Assembly: GCA_963755915.1 (NCBI GenBank)
Contig: CAVWLP010000002.1
Coordinates: forward strand, 4,512,001-4,576,000
Direction of reading: 5' to 3'
Origin: an uncultured Phycisphaerales bacterium
GTDB taxonomy: Bacteria; Planctomycetota; Phycisphaerae; Tepidisphaerales; Tepidisphaeraceae
DNA length: 64,000 nucleotides
How positions within the stretch are numbered: the stretch's first letter is position 1; every line of letters begins with the position of its first letter. Positions 22,270-32,179 of the stretch are shown here, piece after piece. The position numbers and the translations under genes are program-made. The notes below the pieces were generated by a model. That model had not been told where the DNA came from. It did not search any database and worked only from the letters and a program-made list of their open reading frames with translations.

Positions 22270-22307
22270 GTTTCTGGTCTCGGCGCTCTATGCGGTGAGA
22301 CTGCCTT

Positions 22308-23624
22308 TCAATTCGAATTACTGGGCCAGACCTCGTTGCCAGTGTCTTCCTGCACGGTGACTTCCTCGCCGGGGGTGATGGCGCTGCTGATGTTGAGGGC
22401 GACTTTTTCGCCGGGTTTCAGGCCGCTCTCGACGATGACGACGTCGCCGTTGTCTTTGAAGACGGTGATGTCGCGGAAGGTAACGGTGTTGTCATCGCCG
22501 ATGACGGCGACCTGCAATCCCTGGGGCCGCATCAGGATCGCGGCGGCGGGGACTTCGGGCAGCCCCGTCTGTTTCAATTCGAAGGCGACCTGTACGTACA
22601 TCCCGGGGACCAGGGCCATGTCGGGGTTTTTGATGTCGATTTCGGTTCGCTGGGTCCTGGTTTGGGGGTCGATGCTCATGGCGGAACGGGCGACCTTGCC
22701 GTGGAAAATCCGGCCGGGGTATTGGTCGGAGGTGATGTCGGCAGGCACGCCGACGGTCATCTGCGCGGCGGCACTTTGTGGGACGTTGACAAAGACGCGG
22801 ATGGTGTCGGATTGGGCGATGTCGTAGAGGGAGGTGGTGGAGCTGCTGCTGCCGGCGCTGATCAAATCGCCGACGTCGATTTTGCGGGCGGTGATGATTC
22901 CGTCATAGGGGGCGGTGACTTTTTTGAATCCTTCGAGGGCGAGGTATCGTCCGACATCCGCCTGATCGGCTTTGGCGACGGCCTGGGCGGCCATGAGGCC
23001 GGCCACGGCTTCTTCGTAGGCGGCCTGTTTGTCCTGGCGTTCCTGATCGGAAACGATCCCCTTGGGCGCCTCACGCCAGCGATCCCAGGTGACTTTGGCG
23101 ATGTTCAGGTTCGCCTTGGCGACGTTGACCTGCGCATCGGACGTTGCCGCCTTGGCCTTGGCGACATTGAGCTGCTGGTCGAGATCGGGGGTTTCGATGA
23201 CGGCCAGAACCTGGCCCTGCTTCACGCGGTCGCCGATATCGGAATACCAGGCTTTCACGTATCCGTCGACGCGGGCGAAGATCGTGCTCTGGTACCAACC
23301 GGCGGTTGCGCCCGGGAGCGTAAGCGGGAAACTGCTGGCCGCGGGACGGGCCGCGACGGCGACGACGACGGGTTTGGCGGAAGCGACGTCGGCGGCCAAA
23401 TCCTGGGCCTGGGTTTCCGTTCGAGCGTGGACCCAGTAGGCGAGGCCGAATGCGACACCCAGGGCGACGACGAGAAGTGTAACCGCCAGGGCGAGGAGCC
23501 GTCCGGTGCCGCGGGAGGCCTTGATGGATATTCGCTCTGGCGAGGAGTCGTGGGCCATCGATTCTCCATTGCCCCGATTGACTCCAACTGGGAGCGATTG
23601 GTCGTTCTGGCTCTCAGTGGGCAT
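22308..23624 (-). CDS. RND efflux membrane fusion protein
   Basis: Single TM; IFARVDGYV, VTAPYDGII, GLKPGEKV. Confidence 0.92.
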   Translation of the reverse strand: MPTESQNDQSLPVGVNRGNGESMAHDSSPERISIKASRGTGRLLALAVTLLVVALGVAFGLAYWVHARTETQAQDLAADVASAKPVVVAVAARPAASSFPLTLPGATAGWYQSTIFARVDGYVKAWYSDIGDRVKQGQVLAVIETPDLDQQLNVAKAKAATSDAQVNVAKANLNIAKVTWDRWREAPKGIVSDQERQDKQAAYEEAVAGLMAAQAVAKADQADVGRYLALEGFKKVTAPYDGIITARKIDVGDLISAGSSSSTTSLYDIAQSDTIRVFVNVPQSAAAQMTVGVPADITSDQYPGRIFHGKVARSAMSIDPQTRTQRTEIDIKNPDMALVPGMYVQVAFELKQTGLPEVPAAAILMRPQGLQVAVIGDDNTVTFRDITVFKDNGDVVIVESGLKPGEKVALNISSAITPGEEVTVQEDTGNEVWPSNSN

Positions 23625-26600
23625 GGGTTTCTCCAGTAATTCTACGACTATTGATCAAAGCGTACATCGCAGGAACGAAAATGAGAGTCGCAAAAGTGGC
23701 GAAACAGAGGCCGCCGATGACGGCGCGGCCAAGGGGGGCGTTTTGCTCGCCCCCTTCGCCAAGGGCTAGGGACATAGGGAGCATGCCGAGCATCATGGCC
23801 AGGGCGGTCATCAGCACCGGGCGAAGGCGGGTAAATCCTGCGGCAACGGCGGCCTCGGCGGCGGTGTAGCCCTCGGCCATGCGCTCGTCGGCAAAGACGA
23901 CGACGAGGATGCTGTTGGCCGTGGCGAGGCCGATGCACATCAGGCCGCCCATCAGGCCGGGGACGCTGAGGTAAGTGTGCGTGAGGAAGAGTCCCCACAT
24001 CACACCTGAAAGCGCGAACGGGACGGCGAGGAGGACAATCAGGGGGCTGACCCAGCTTTGGAACTGGATGACCATGAGGAGAAAGACAAGGATGACGGCC
24101 AGGGCCATGCCGCCGAACAGGCCGTCGTAGCTGCGGGTCATCGTTTCGATCTGTCCGGCGAGAGTGACGGTCATGGGTTCGTTTGGCGGGGGCTGGTCAC
24201 TGGCGAGGACTTTCTGGATGTCTTTTGAGACGCCAAAGAGATCGCGCCCCTGGACGGAGGCATTGACGTCGAACACTGGGCGGACGTTGAGCTGACTGAT
24301 GAGGGCGGGGGTTTCGACGCGATCGACCTGGGCGATATTCATGAGAAGCTGCGCCTGGTCGGTCGCGCCGGCCGAGGGCGGAAGGGGCATGGTGCGAAGA
24401 TCCTGGAGAGAATTCAGAGTGTAGGTGGGTGTTTGCGCGACGAGCGGATAGCTGACGCCGTTTTTGGGATTTACCCAGAAATTGGGGCCGACCTGGATGC
24501 TGGAGGTGAGGGCGACAAGGAGGCTGCTTCCGGCTTGCTTTTGAGTCAGTCCAAGCTGCTGGGCGAGGGCGCGGTCGATGTTGAAGCGAAGGCCGGGGAC
24601 GTCGGGCATTTGATAGACGTGGCTGTCGACCACGCCGGGGACAAGGGCCAGGTCGGCGGCGATTTTTTTTGCCTGGGCGTAGGCCTTGTCGGGATCGGAG
24701 CCGACGACGCGGACGTCGATCGGGGCGGGCTGGCCGAAGTTCAGTACCTGGTTAACGATGTCGGCGGCCTGGAAGAAGAACTGGCAATCGGGAAATTGTT
24801 TGGGGAGCTCTCTGCGGAGGTCGGCGATGTGCTGGGCGGTGGGCGTGTGATTTTCATTCAGGGCGATGAGCATTTCGCCGTCCATGACTCCGACGGTGGA
24901 CGTGTCACCAACTGCCATGTTCAGGCCGCTGTAGGGAAGGCCGATGTTCGAGAGGATGGTTTTGACCTGGTCCTGGCCGACGATTTCGCGGACGGCTTTT
25001 TCGATGTGGGCGAAATATTGGGCGGTGATTTCGATCCGGCTTCCGGCCGGGGCGCGGATGTGAAGGCGCATCTGGCCGGCATCGACGGAGGGGAAAAAGT
25101 CGCGGCCGAGGATGGGAAACATTGCCAGGGAGACGATCATGAGGGAGACGAAAAAGGCAGCGGTGATCCAAGGGGCCCCCACCGCCCAGGCGACGACGTT
25201 GCGATAACGGTTTCGAAGGCCTTCGAAGCCGGAGTTAAATTTGCGGTAGATCCAGATGAAGGGATTTCGGCTCCGTGTGTCGCCCTCTGCGTGAGTCGAT
25301 GAACTGCGGGACATCAGGTAATCGAACATCACCGGCACGACCGTGAAGGAGATCGCGAAGCTGGCGAGCAGGGAGAGCAGAACCGCCAAGGAAAGTGGCG
25401 AGAAGAGATATTTCGCCACGCCGGTGAGAAGGAAGACGGGAACGAAGACGATGCAGATGGAGAGGGTGGCCAGGAGCGTGGGCATGGCGACTTCGTTGGC
25501 GCCGTTGACGATGGCATCGACGAGCGATCCCCCTTCGCCCCAGCGGCGTTCGATGTTTTCGATCACGACGGTGCCGTTATCGACGAGGATTCCGACGGCC
25601 AGGGCGAAACCGCCGAGGGTCATGGTGTTGAGCGATTCGCCAAGGCAGTACATGACGATCAGGGCGCAGAGGATGGAGGAGGGAATGGAGAGCATGACGA
25701 TGAGCGTCAGCCGCCAGTTGCCCAGGAACAACAGGATCATCAGGGCGGTGAGGCCGGCGGCGATGGTGCCTTCGCGGAGGACGCCTTCAAGGCTGGCGCG
25801 GACGAAGACGGATTGGTCGAAGAGTGGTTCGATGTTGACGCTTTTGGGGAGCTGTTTTTTGAGTTCGGGCAGGTAATCGCGCACGCCGGCGACGACCGCC
25901 AGCGTAGAAACGCCGCCAGTTTTGCGGATGGTGAGCAGCGCGCCGGGGGTGCCGTTTTCGGTTACTAGATTCGTCTGGGTCTGGTATCCGCTGTGGACGT
26001 GAGCGACATCGCGGAGGAAGACTTGCCGGCCGTCGACGAATTTGACGGGAAAATCGTTCATGCGGTCGATCGCTTCGGGGCTGTTGTTCATGGTGACGGG
26101 GTAATCGCGCGAGCCGAGCTTCACGTCGCCGGAGGGGAGGATGACGTTGTTGTCGAGCAGGACGTTGGTGATGTCGCCGGGGGAGATTCCGACGGCGTCC
26201 ATGGCCTGCTGGTTCATATCGACCATGATGACGCGCGGCTTTCCGCCGTAGGGCTGAGGAAGGGAGACGCCGGGCACGGCGGCGAGGTCGGGGCGGATGA
26301 GGTTTTGGCCGAAATCGTTCAGAGTGCTGTCCGGGAGGCTCTTGCTGCTGAGACTGAGCTGAAGAATTGGCACATCGGTCGCGCTGTAGCGGATAACCAT
26401 CGGCGGGGTAATGCCGGGGGGCATATATTTCAGGACGACCAGCGCGCTGCTGGCGACCTGGGCGACGGCCCGGCTGACGTCGGCGCCTTCGTGCAGATAA
26501 ACCTTGATCACGCCGACGCCCTGGTAGCTGTTGGCTTCGAGGTGATCGATGTCGTCGACGAGCGCGGGCATTTGGCGTTCGTGGAGGGTCAGCACGCGAT

Positions 26601-26775
26601 TTTGAATTTCGGTGGGGCTCATGCCGGCGTAGGTCCAGACCACGCTGACAACGGGGATGTTGATTTCCGGGAAGATGTCCGTGGGCATGCGCAGGGCGGC
26701 GCCGACTCCCAGCACCACTATCAGCACCAGAAGGGATGCGATCGTATATGGACGTTTCAGCAGCCAGGCAATCAT
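23614..26775 (-). CDS. RND efflux permease (AcrB/AcrD/AcrF family)
   Basis: 1053 aa; GILVDNGTVVIENI, RLRPVLMTA, APLGRAVIGG. Confidence 0.95.
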   Translation of the reverse strand: MIAWLLKRPYTIASLLVLIVVLGVGAALRMPTDIFPEINIPVVSVVWTYAGMSPTEIQNRVLTLHERQMPALVDDIDHLEANSYQGVGVIKVYLHEGADVSRAVAQVASSALVVLKYMPPGITPPMVIRYSATDVPILQLSLSSKSLPDSTLNDFGQNLIRPDLAAVPGVSLPQPYGGKPRVIMVDMNQQAMDAVGISPGDITNVLLDNNVILPSGDVKLGSRDYPVTMNNSPEAIDRMNDFPVKFVDGRQVFLRDVAHVHSGYQTQTNLVTENGTPGALLTIRKTGGVSTLAVVAGVRDYLPELKKQLPKSVNIEPLFDQSVFVRASLEGVLREGTIAAGLTALMILLFLGNWRLTLIVMLSIPSSILCALIVMYCLGESLNTMTLGGFALAVGILVDNGTVVIENIERRWGEGGSLVDAIVNGANEVAMPTLLATLSICIVFVPVFLLTGVAKYLFSPLSLAVLLSLLASFAISFTVVPVMFDYLMSRSSSTHAEGDTRSRNPFIWIYRKFNSGFEGLRNRYRNVVAWAVGAPWITAAFFVSLMIVSLAMFPILGRDFFPSVDAGQMRLHIRAPAGSRIEITAQYFAHIEKAVREIVGQDQVKTILSNIGLPYSGLNMAVGDTSTVGVMDGEMLIALNENHTPTAQHIADLRRELPKQFPDCQFFFQAADIVNQVLNFGQPAPIDVRVVGSDPDKAYAQAKKIAADLALVPGVVDSHVYQMPDVPGLRFNIDRALAQQLGLTQKQAGSSLLVALTSSIQVGPNFWVNPKNGVSYPLVAQTPTYTLNSLQDLRTMPLPPSAGATDQAQLLMNIAQVDRVETPALISQLNVRPVFDVNASVQGRDLFGVSKDIQKVLASDQPPPNEPMTVTLAGQIETMTRSYDGLFGGMALAVILVFLLMVIQFQSWVSPLIVLLAVPFALSGVMWGLFLTHTYLSVPGLMGGLMCIGLATANSILVVVFADERMAEGYTAAEAAVAAGFTRLRPVLMTALAMMLGMLPMSLALGEGGEQNAPLGRAVIGGLCFATFATLIFVPAMYALINSRRITGETHAH

Positions 26776-26885
26776 TCGTGGGTGAGCCTAATTAGACCGA
26801 CTCTAGAAGGGTCTTCGGATTGATACAACGGAGAATCCAGCCTCTTCACAGAATCGCAACAATTGCCCCATAAGACGTAGGATCG

Positions 26886-27572
26886 TCAGGTTTCGTCATA
26901 GCAGTAGCCGACGCTGCGAACAGTCTGGATAAACCCCGCGGCGGGGCCCAGAGCTTTGCGGATTCCGACGATGTGGGCATCGACCGTGCGCTCTGTGACG
27001 GATTCTTCGCCCCTGAGGGCTGCTTCGATGATTTCGTCGCGCGAGAAGGCACGGCCCTTGTGCGAAGCCAGCAGCTCCAGGATGCGGAATTCGGTGGCGG
27101 TGAGCGGGACTTTTTCGCCGCGATGGAGGACGCGATGGCCGACAAGGTCGATCGTAAGATCCCCCGATTGGATGACCGCCGGCTTAAGGGCATTCAGGTC
27201 GCTGCGGCGCAAAAGGGCTTTCACGCGGGCGACCAGTTCCTGCGCGACGAACGGCTTGATGAGATAATCATCGGCGCCCAGTTCCAGGCCCAGGATGCGG
27301 TCGGCAGCGCTGGCGCGGGCGGAGAGGACGAGTATGGGAAGTCGAGCGATGCGCGGCTCAGCGCGAAGAGATTTGCAGACTTCCAGGCCGTCGATGTCGG
27401 GCATGGTGAGGTCGAGGACCACCAGGTCCGGTCGATGCTCGCGGGCGATGCGCAGGCCGCTCGTGCCGTCGGAGGCGTAGATGACGTCGTACCCCTCGTG
27501 CTCAAGGGCGCGCATCACCAGGCGGGCCAATTCCTTTTCATCGTCGATAACGAGGATCGTCTGCGGAGGCAT
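26886..27572 (-). CDS. OmpR-family response regulator
   Basis: REC domain plus winged helix: GLELGADDYLIKPF, LTATEF, RTVDAHI, IQTVRSVGY. Confidence 0.95.
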   Translation of the reverse strand: MPPQTILVIDDEKELARLVMRALEHEGYDVIYASDGTSGLRIAREHRPDLVVLDLTMPDIDGLEVCKSLRAEPRIARLPILVLSARASAADRILGLELGADDYLIKPFVAQELVARVKALLRRSDLNALKPAVIQSGDLTIDLVGHRVLHRGEKVPLTATEFRILELLASHKGRAFSRDEIIEAALRGEESVTERTVDAHIVGIRKALGPAAGFIQTVRSVGYCYDET

Positions 27573-27583
27573 TCAGGGGAAAA

Positions 27584-28702
27584 TTATACCGGGCCGGCGG
27601 GAAGGGCAATTTGTTGAGGCGGTCGAGATGAACTGGCGATCGGCACCGGAACCGTTGGAAGCTCGACGATGAAGGTCGCTCCCTGGCCTTTGCCGGGGCT
27701 GCGGGCGGAGACGGTCCCATGATGGGCCTCGGTCAGGGCCTGGCAGATGGCCAGTCCCAGGCCCAGGCCGCCGAAGCGGGTTTGGATTTCGCGGCCGCCC
27801 TGCTCGAAGGCTTCGAAGATTTTCGCCAGGCGCTGGGGGTCGATGCCGATGCCGGTATCGGAAATTTCGACGGTGACGAAGCTGGGTTTGTCGTTTCGCA
27901 TCTTGACGGCAATCCGCCCGGCCTCGGGGGTAAATTTGACGGCATTGCGAATCAGATTCCAGAAGATTTGCTGAAGGCGAACGGGATCGCCCTTGACGTG
28001 CGATTCTGTCGAAGGCCGGTCGAAGACAAGCTCAAGCCCCTTATCGCGGATCGCGTCCTGGCAGACGGCAATCGCATCATTGAGCACTTGGCCGATCTCG
28101 ACGACTTCTTCGCGCAGATGCATCTTGCCGGTGCTGATGCGCGTGAGGTCGACCAGGTCGTCGATGAGCCGAATTTCCAGATCGACGTTTCGGCGGATGG
28201 AGCGAATGTCTTCCAAAACATTCGGCGGAAGGTTCGGAGTTTTCTCAAGCAGGTCGGCGATCATCAGGACAGGGCTGAGAGGCGTCCGCAGTTCGTGGCT
28301 CACCATCGCCAGAAACAGACTCTTGGCCTCGCTGGCGGCTTCGGCGGCTTCCTGGGCGCGTTTCGAAGCCTGGGTAGCGCGCTTCATGGCGTCCTGGAGT
28401 GAGCTGGCAAGAATTGAGACGACGCCGAAAATGATGAGCCGGAGAAAATGTTCGCTGACGGCGGAGAGGGTGATGGGATGGCCTTGAAGGAGCAAAAGAG
28501 CCGCTCCCGCGCTGGCAAGAAGCGTGGCGAGAAATCCCGGCCCCAGGCCGCCATACCAGGCGCTCAGGAGCACCGCGCCAAAGAACAGTGGTGCGATCCC
28601 TGGATCGAAGTATCCGCGCAGCAGCCAGGTCAACACCATTGCCGTGGTAGTGGAGATAACCGCCAGTCCGTAACGAAAGATTTTCTGGCGCATAGGCGGC
28701 AT
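27584..28702 (-). CDS. Sensor histidine kinase, DUF4118 + HisKA + HATPase
   Basis: FLAMVSHELRTPL, NLIRNAVKFT, DTGIGI, GGLGLGL. Confidence 0.92.
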   Translation of the reverse strand: MPPMRQKIFRYGLAVISTTTAMVLTWLLRGYFDPGIAPLFFGAVLLSAWYGGLGPGFLATLLASAGAALLLLQGHPITLSAVSEHFLRLIIFGVVSILASSLQDAMKRATQASKRAQEAAEAASEAKSLFLAMVSHELRTPLSPVLMIADLLEKTPNLPPNVLEDIRSIRRNVDLEIRLIDDLVDLTRISTGKMHLREEVVEIGQVLNDAIAVCQDAIRDKGLELVFDRPSTESHVKGDPVRLQQIFWNLIRNAVKFTPEAGRIAVKMRNDKPSFVTVEISDTGIGIDPQRLAKIFEAFEQGGREIQTRFGGLGLGLAICQALTEAHHGTVSARSPGKGQGATFIVELPTVPVPIASSSRPPQQIALPAGPV

Positions 28703-28975
28703 GGTTCGGCTTGCTCCGATTGCTCGGATTATTCTAGCGCGGCCGAGGCTGTGCAACAAAGAACTGGGAGTGCCCGGGAACTGCCGTTGGGGTCGAGCTT
28801 TTCGACGCTTGCTCAGTCAATGGCCCTCAGAATTTTTGATTTTCCCCGCTCAGATTAACCCTGTTTTAAGGTACTCCAAAATATTCTCGCCGCAGATTTG
28901 GCCGGTTGTGTCGGTTGGCTGTGTGGCATCGGGCACGTCGGCTTCCCACCTGTTTGGCGGTAAAGGAGTCCAAAT

Positions 28976-30115
28976 ATGTTTGAGCGGAGCAACGCGAAGG
29001 ACGGAAAGAATTCTATTGTTCGAGCCGGCCGGGTCGTCGTGGAGGGGCTGGAGGATCGGCGGCTTCTCTCGGCGGCACATGGGTTTCCCATGATGGGATT
29101 TGGCGGCGGGCCGTTTGGGGGAGGGGCGTTTGGCGGGCCACCTCCGATTGGCGGAAGTACGATTCAGTTTGACCAGGCGCCCTCCGCAGTTCAGAGCGGG
29201 CTGGATTCGCTGGCGTCCACCGACGGACTTACAGCGCCGACGACGAGCCAGACGGTCTATCTCAGCAATAACAACGGCGTGGAGGGGTATTCCATTGATT
29301 TGAGCAGCAGCGGAAAGAACACCCGGCTGACCGTGGACGCAAACGGCGATGCCGTGACGGCGCCGACGCAGTCGACCACGACGTTCGGAGCGATCACCAA
29401 CACCGCGGTGACCAGCGAAATTAGCGCGATCGCGACGGCCCTGGATCTGACGACGCCCGCTTCCACGACCAATGTCTCCGTGCTCACCAACAGCAGCGGA
29501 AGTTCAACCTACACCGTGCACCTGAGCAGCAGCAGCAGTTCCTCGCCGTGGAGCGGGAGGACCATCACCGTCGATTCCAACGGAAATCCCGTCGGCAACG
29601 AGGTCCTGCCCTTCAGCGTGCTGCCGACGGCGATTCAGAATGGGCTCATCGCCAACGCGCCCAGCGGCACATCGCTTTCCAGCAGCTCGACGCAGAATGT
29701 TAATATCACCACGCAGGACGGCGTGACGCTCTACACCATGCAGTTCAACAGCACGGGAACGCGCACGAGCGTCACCGTGAATTCCAGCGGCGATCTGACG
29801 AGCCTGCCCAGTATCACGAGCACGACCTACGCCGACGTTCTCTCGACCGCCGCCACCGAGCTTCAGACGCTGGCGACGGCGGATGGGGTCAGCACGGCGA
29901 TCGCTTCGACGCAAAAAGTGCTCGAATTCAGCGAGTCGAACGGGACGACGGTTTATTCTTTGACTCTTCAGGATTCGACCAGCAAGCCGGTGACGATTTC
30001 GGTGGATGAGGATGGAAATCCAACGGTTCCACCGACCGATGGCAGCTTCGGGCCAATCTCCGTGCTGGGAGGATTCGGCTTCGGCGGATTTGCGTTTGGA
30101 GGCCCGGCGTTCTAG
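28976..30115 (+). CDS. Planctomycete-type exported protein (LEPR-XLL-like motif) with four internal repeats
   Basis: VEGLEDRRLLSA N-terminal motif; four roughly 70-aa units ending TVDxxG-like; AAGGAG RBS. Confidence 0.8.
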   Translation: MFERSNAKDGKNSIVRAGRVVVEGLEDRRLLSAAHGFPMMGFGGGPFGGGAFGGPPPIGGSTIQFDQAPSAVQSGLDSLASTDGLTAPTTSQTVYLSNNNGVEGYSIDLSSSGKNTRLTVDANGDAVTAPTQSTTTFGAITNTAVTSEISAIATALDLTTPASTTNVSVLTNSSGSSTYTVHLSSSSSSSPWSGRTITVDSNGNPVGNEVLPFSVLPTAIQNGLIANAPSGTSLSSSSTQNVNITTQDGVTLYTMQFNSTGTRTSVTVNSSGDLTSLPSITSTTYADVLSTAATELQTLATADGVSTAIASTQKVLEFSESNGTTVYSLTLQDSTSKPVTISVDEDGNPTVPPTDGSFGPISVLGGFGFGGFAFGGPAF

Positions 30116-30131
30116 GAGAAATAATCTCACG

Positions 30132-32104
30132 GTAGAGTAGAGAACTGAACGACCCGATTGCCGCTCAGCTCTCCCTCTTCGAACCGGACGAGCGGGTTTC
30201 CCGCATCCGGCTCTCACGGTATTGTTCTTCTCAAGCATTCACGGTCGGAACAGGTCGCAGGCTGATGAGGCCCAGACGCTGCAACTGTTCGTACCAGCTC
30301 CTCGCTCCGCGCACACGGAACGGACGCTGGCTGCGACGTTTAAGGTGTCGTTCCAGTCGCTCCTGCACAAATCGGTTGATCTGACGGAACGCCTTGCGCG
30401 GATAGCCTTTGCCGAAGTAGTTGGCCCATCCTCTCAGGTGCTCGTTGATCTGTACGATCAACGCCGGGATGGGCACAAAGCCTGCTTCGGGTCCGGTCAT
30501 CTCCCGCAATTTGTCCCGCTCACGCTGCATCGACTTGCTCGAAGGACAGAGGTTCAGATAACGCCCCGGCCCGCCTTGCAGGCTCCGGTCGTACCGGAAC
30601 CTGTACCCGAGAAAGTTCAGACTTTCGCCCGGCTCTTTCAACTTCACCGTGCGGGTCTTGTCGGTGTTGATCGTCAGATCAAACCGGCCTTGCAGCGTGC
30701 GTTCCACGAACTGCTTGATCTGAGGGCCTATATACCTTGCCATGATGACAAAGTCGTCGGCGTACCGGATCAGCCGGGCGTTCGCCCAGCGATGCGGGCC
30801 ATCGGATCGGTGGAACAATTTATCAAACCAGTGCAGATATAGGTTGGCCAGCAGCGGCGAGATCACTCCGCCCTGCGGCGTTCCCTGTTTGCTCCGGGTG
30901 ACTTTCGGTGGATCGCCGGGCTTCTCGCCTTCTTCGACGATCACCGCCTTCAGCCACATCCGGATCAGCTTCAGCACGCTTCCGTCCGTGATCCGCTTCT
31001 GGACACACGCCATCAGTTTCTCATGGGGAATCGTGTCGAAGTACGACTGCAAATCCGCGTCATACACTTCCCTTCGGCCCTGCTGGAGGTTTTGCTTGAT
31101 CGCCTCCAGCGCATCGTGAGCCGAGCGACCGGGACGGAATCCATACGAACAGTCCAGGAAATCCGCCTCGAAGATCGGCTCGATGAGCAGCAGCACCGCC
31201 ATCTGCACCACGCGATCTCGGATCGTGGGGATGCCCAATGGACGCCGCTTGCCGTTGGCTTTGGGAATGTACACGCGCTTCACCGGCTGCGGGCGGTAGG
31301 TGCGGGTCTTGAGCGATTCTTCGATCTCGCTCAGGAATCCACTGACGCCGTGCTCGGAGTTTTGCACCTTCTCGATGCTCACCCCGTCCAAGCCGGGCGC
31401 CCCGCCGTTGGCGGACACCCGGTCCCACGCCGCTTCCAGAACATCGCGCCGGCAGATCCGGTCGTACAAGGTGTAAAACCGAAACCCCGGTTCCCGCTTG
31501 GCTTTGAGGTATAGCTTCTGTCTCAGAAGAAAGACTTTCCCCGGCAGACCCCTGGAGTTCACCCTCAGGTGCTCCGGCAAGTCTGTCGGATCATCCGTAC
31601 TGTCAGGTTGTCCCTGCAAGCGGGCCTCTCTTCTTCTTACTTCCGCTCGATACCGTCAGGGCTCCTTGGCTCGCGGCAGGCTTCGCCTCCGCTCACGGGC
31701 ATTACCCCGCTTCTCAGCTACTATGAGCCCATCCGACTCCCCACGCTTCCCGTCCCTTGGTTATGTCTTTCCAACGAGCCGCACAACGATGCGTGGGGTC
31801 TCTCAGTTCCCGATCTTGTCTGTCGGCACGCGCCGTCCCCATCGACCCCGAGGAGCCGGACGATTGCTCGCACCCGCTGCTTCATCGTCCGCGCCGGCTT
31901 GGCCCTCTCTGACGGGTTGGCCACTCCCATTGGCGTAACGAGGCTGGTTTGGGTTCGCTTAACGCTACGGCTCGCGCCTTCGCCTTCCGGGGCTTCGCGC
32001 GACCGATTGCTCCGTCGTCACGCCCGGGCGGCTACACGGCTAACGGGTCATTCCATGGTGAACTCCTTTCAGTTCACAAGACAAAACCGGTTTCACTGAC
32101 GCAC
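30132..32104 (-). mobile_element. Group II intron (complete)
   Basis: 5' GTGCG at 32104; domain V GAGCCGGATGCGGGAAACCCGCTCGTCCGGTTC; domain VI ending CTACTCTAC at 30132; encodes an RT. Excision restores CTCTG|CGTGAG. Confidence 0.95.
30231..31619 (-). CDS. ltrA: Group II intron reverse transcriptase/maturase (no apparent endonuclease domain)
   Basis: [42 protein letters not shown], domain X LRGWANYF. Confidence 0.95.
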   Translation of the reverse strand: MQGQPDSTDDPTDLPEHLRVNSRGLPGKVFLLRQKLYLKAKREPGFRFYTLYDRICRRDVLEAAWDRVSANGGAPGLDGVSIEKVQNSEHGVSGFLSEIEESLKTRTYRPQPVKRVYIPKANGKRRPLGIPTIRDRVVQMAVLLLIEPIFEADFLDCSYGFRPGRSAHDALEAIKQNLQQGRREVYDADLQSYFDTIPHEKLMACVQKRITDGSVLKLIRMWLKAVIVEEGEKPGDPPKVTRSKQGTPQGGVISPLLANLYLHWFDKLFHRSDGPHRWANARLIRYADDFVIMARYIGPQIKQFVERTLQGRFDLTINTDKTRTVKLKEPGESLNFLGYRFRYDRSLQGGPGRYLNLCPSSKSMQRERDKLREMTGPEAGFVPIPALIVQINEHLRGWANYFGKGYPRKAFRQINRFVQERLERHLKRRSQRPFRVRGARSWYEQLQRLGLISLRPVPTVNA

Positions 32105-32174
32105 CAGAGGCGCGAAGGCGCGGAGGGAAACAGGGATTTGGATTCTCTGCGCCTTTGCGCCTCTGCGTGAGATT
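32105..32174. repeat. REP-like palindrome, family A, interrupted by the intron (remainder at 30123-30131)
   Basis: AATCTCACG + CAGAGGCGCGAAGGCGCGGAG...CTCTGCGCCTTTGCGCCTCTGCGTGAGATT. Confidence 0.88.
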
Positions 32175-32179
32175 TCTTT

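Noticed and set aside
30231-31619. RT as a retron, DGR or defence RT
   Set aside because: YADD motif, domain X, domains V and VI and GTGCG/AC boundaries identify a group II intron. No template/variable repeat pair or msr-msd was seen.
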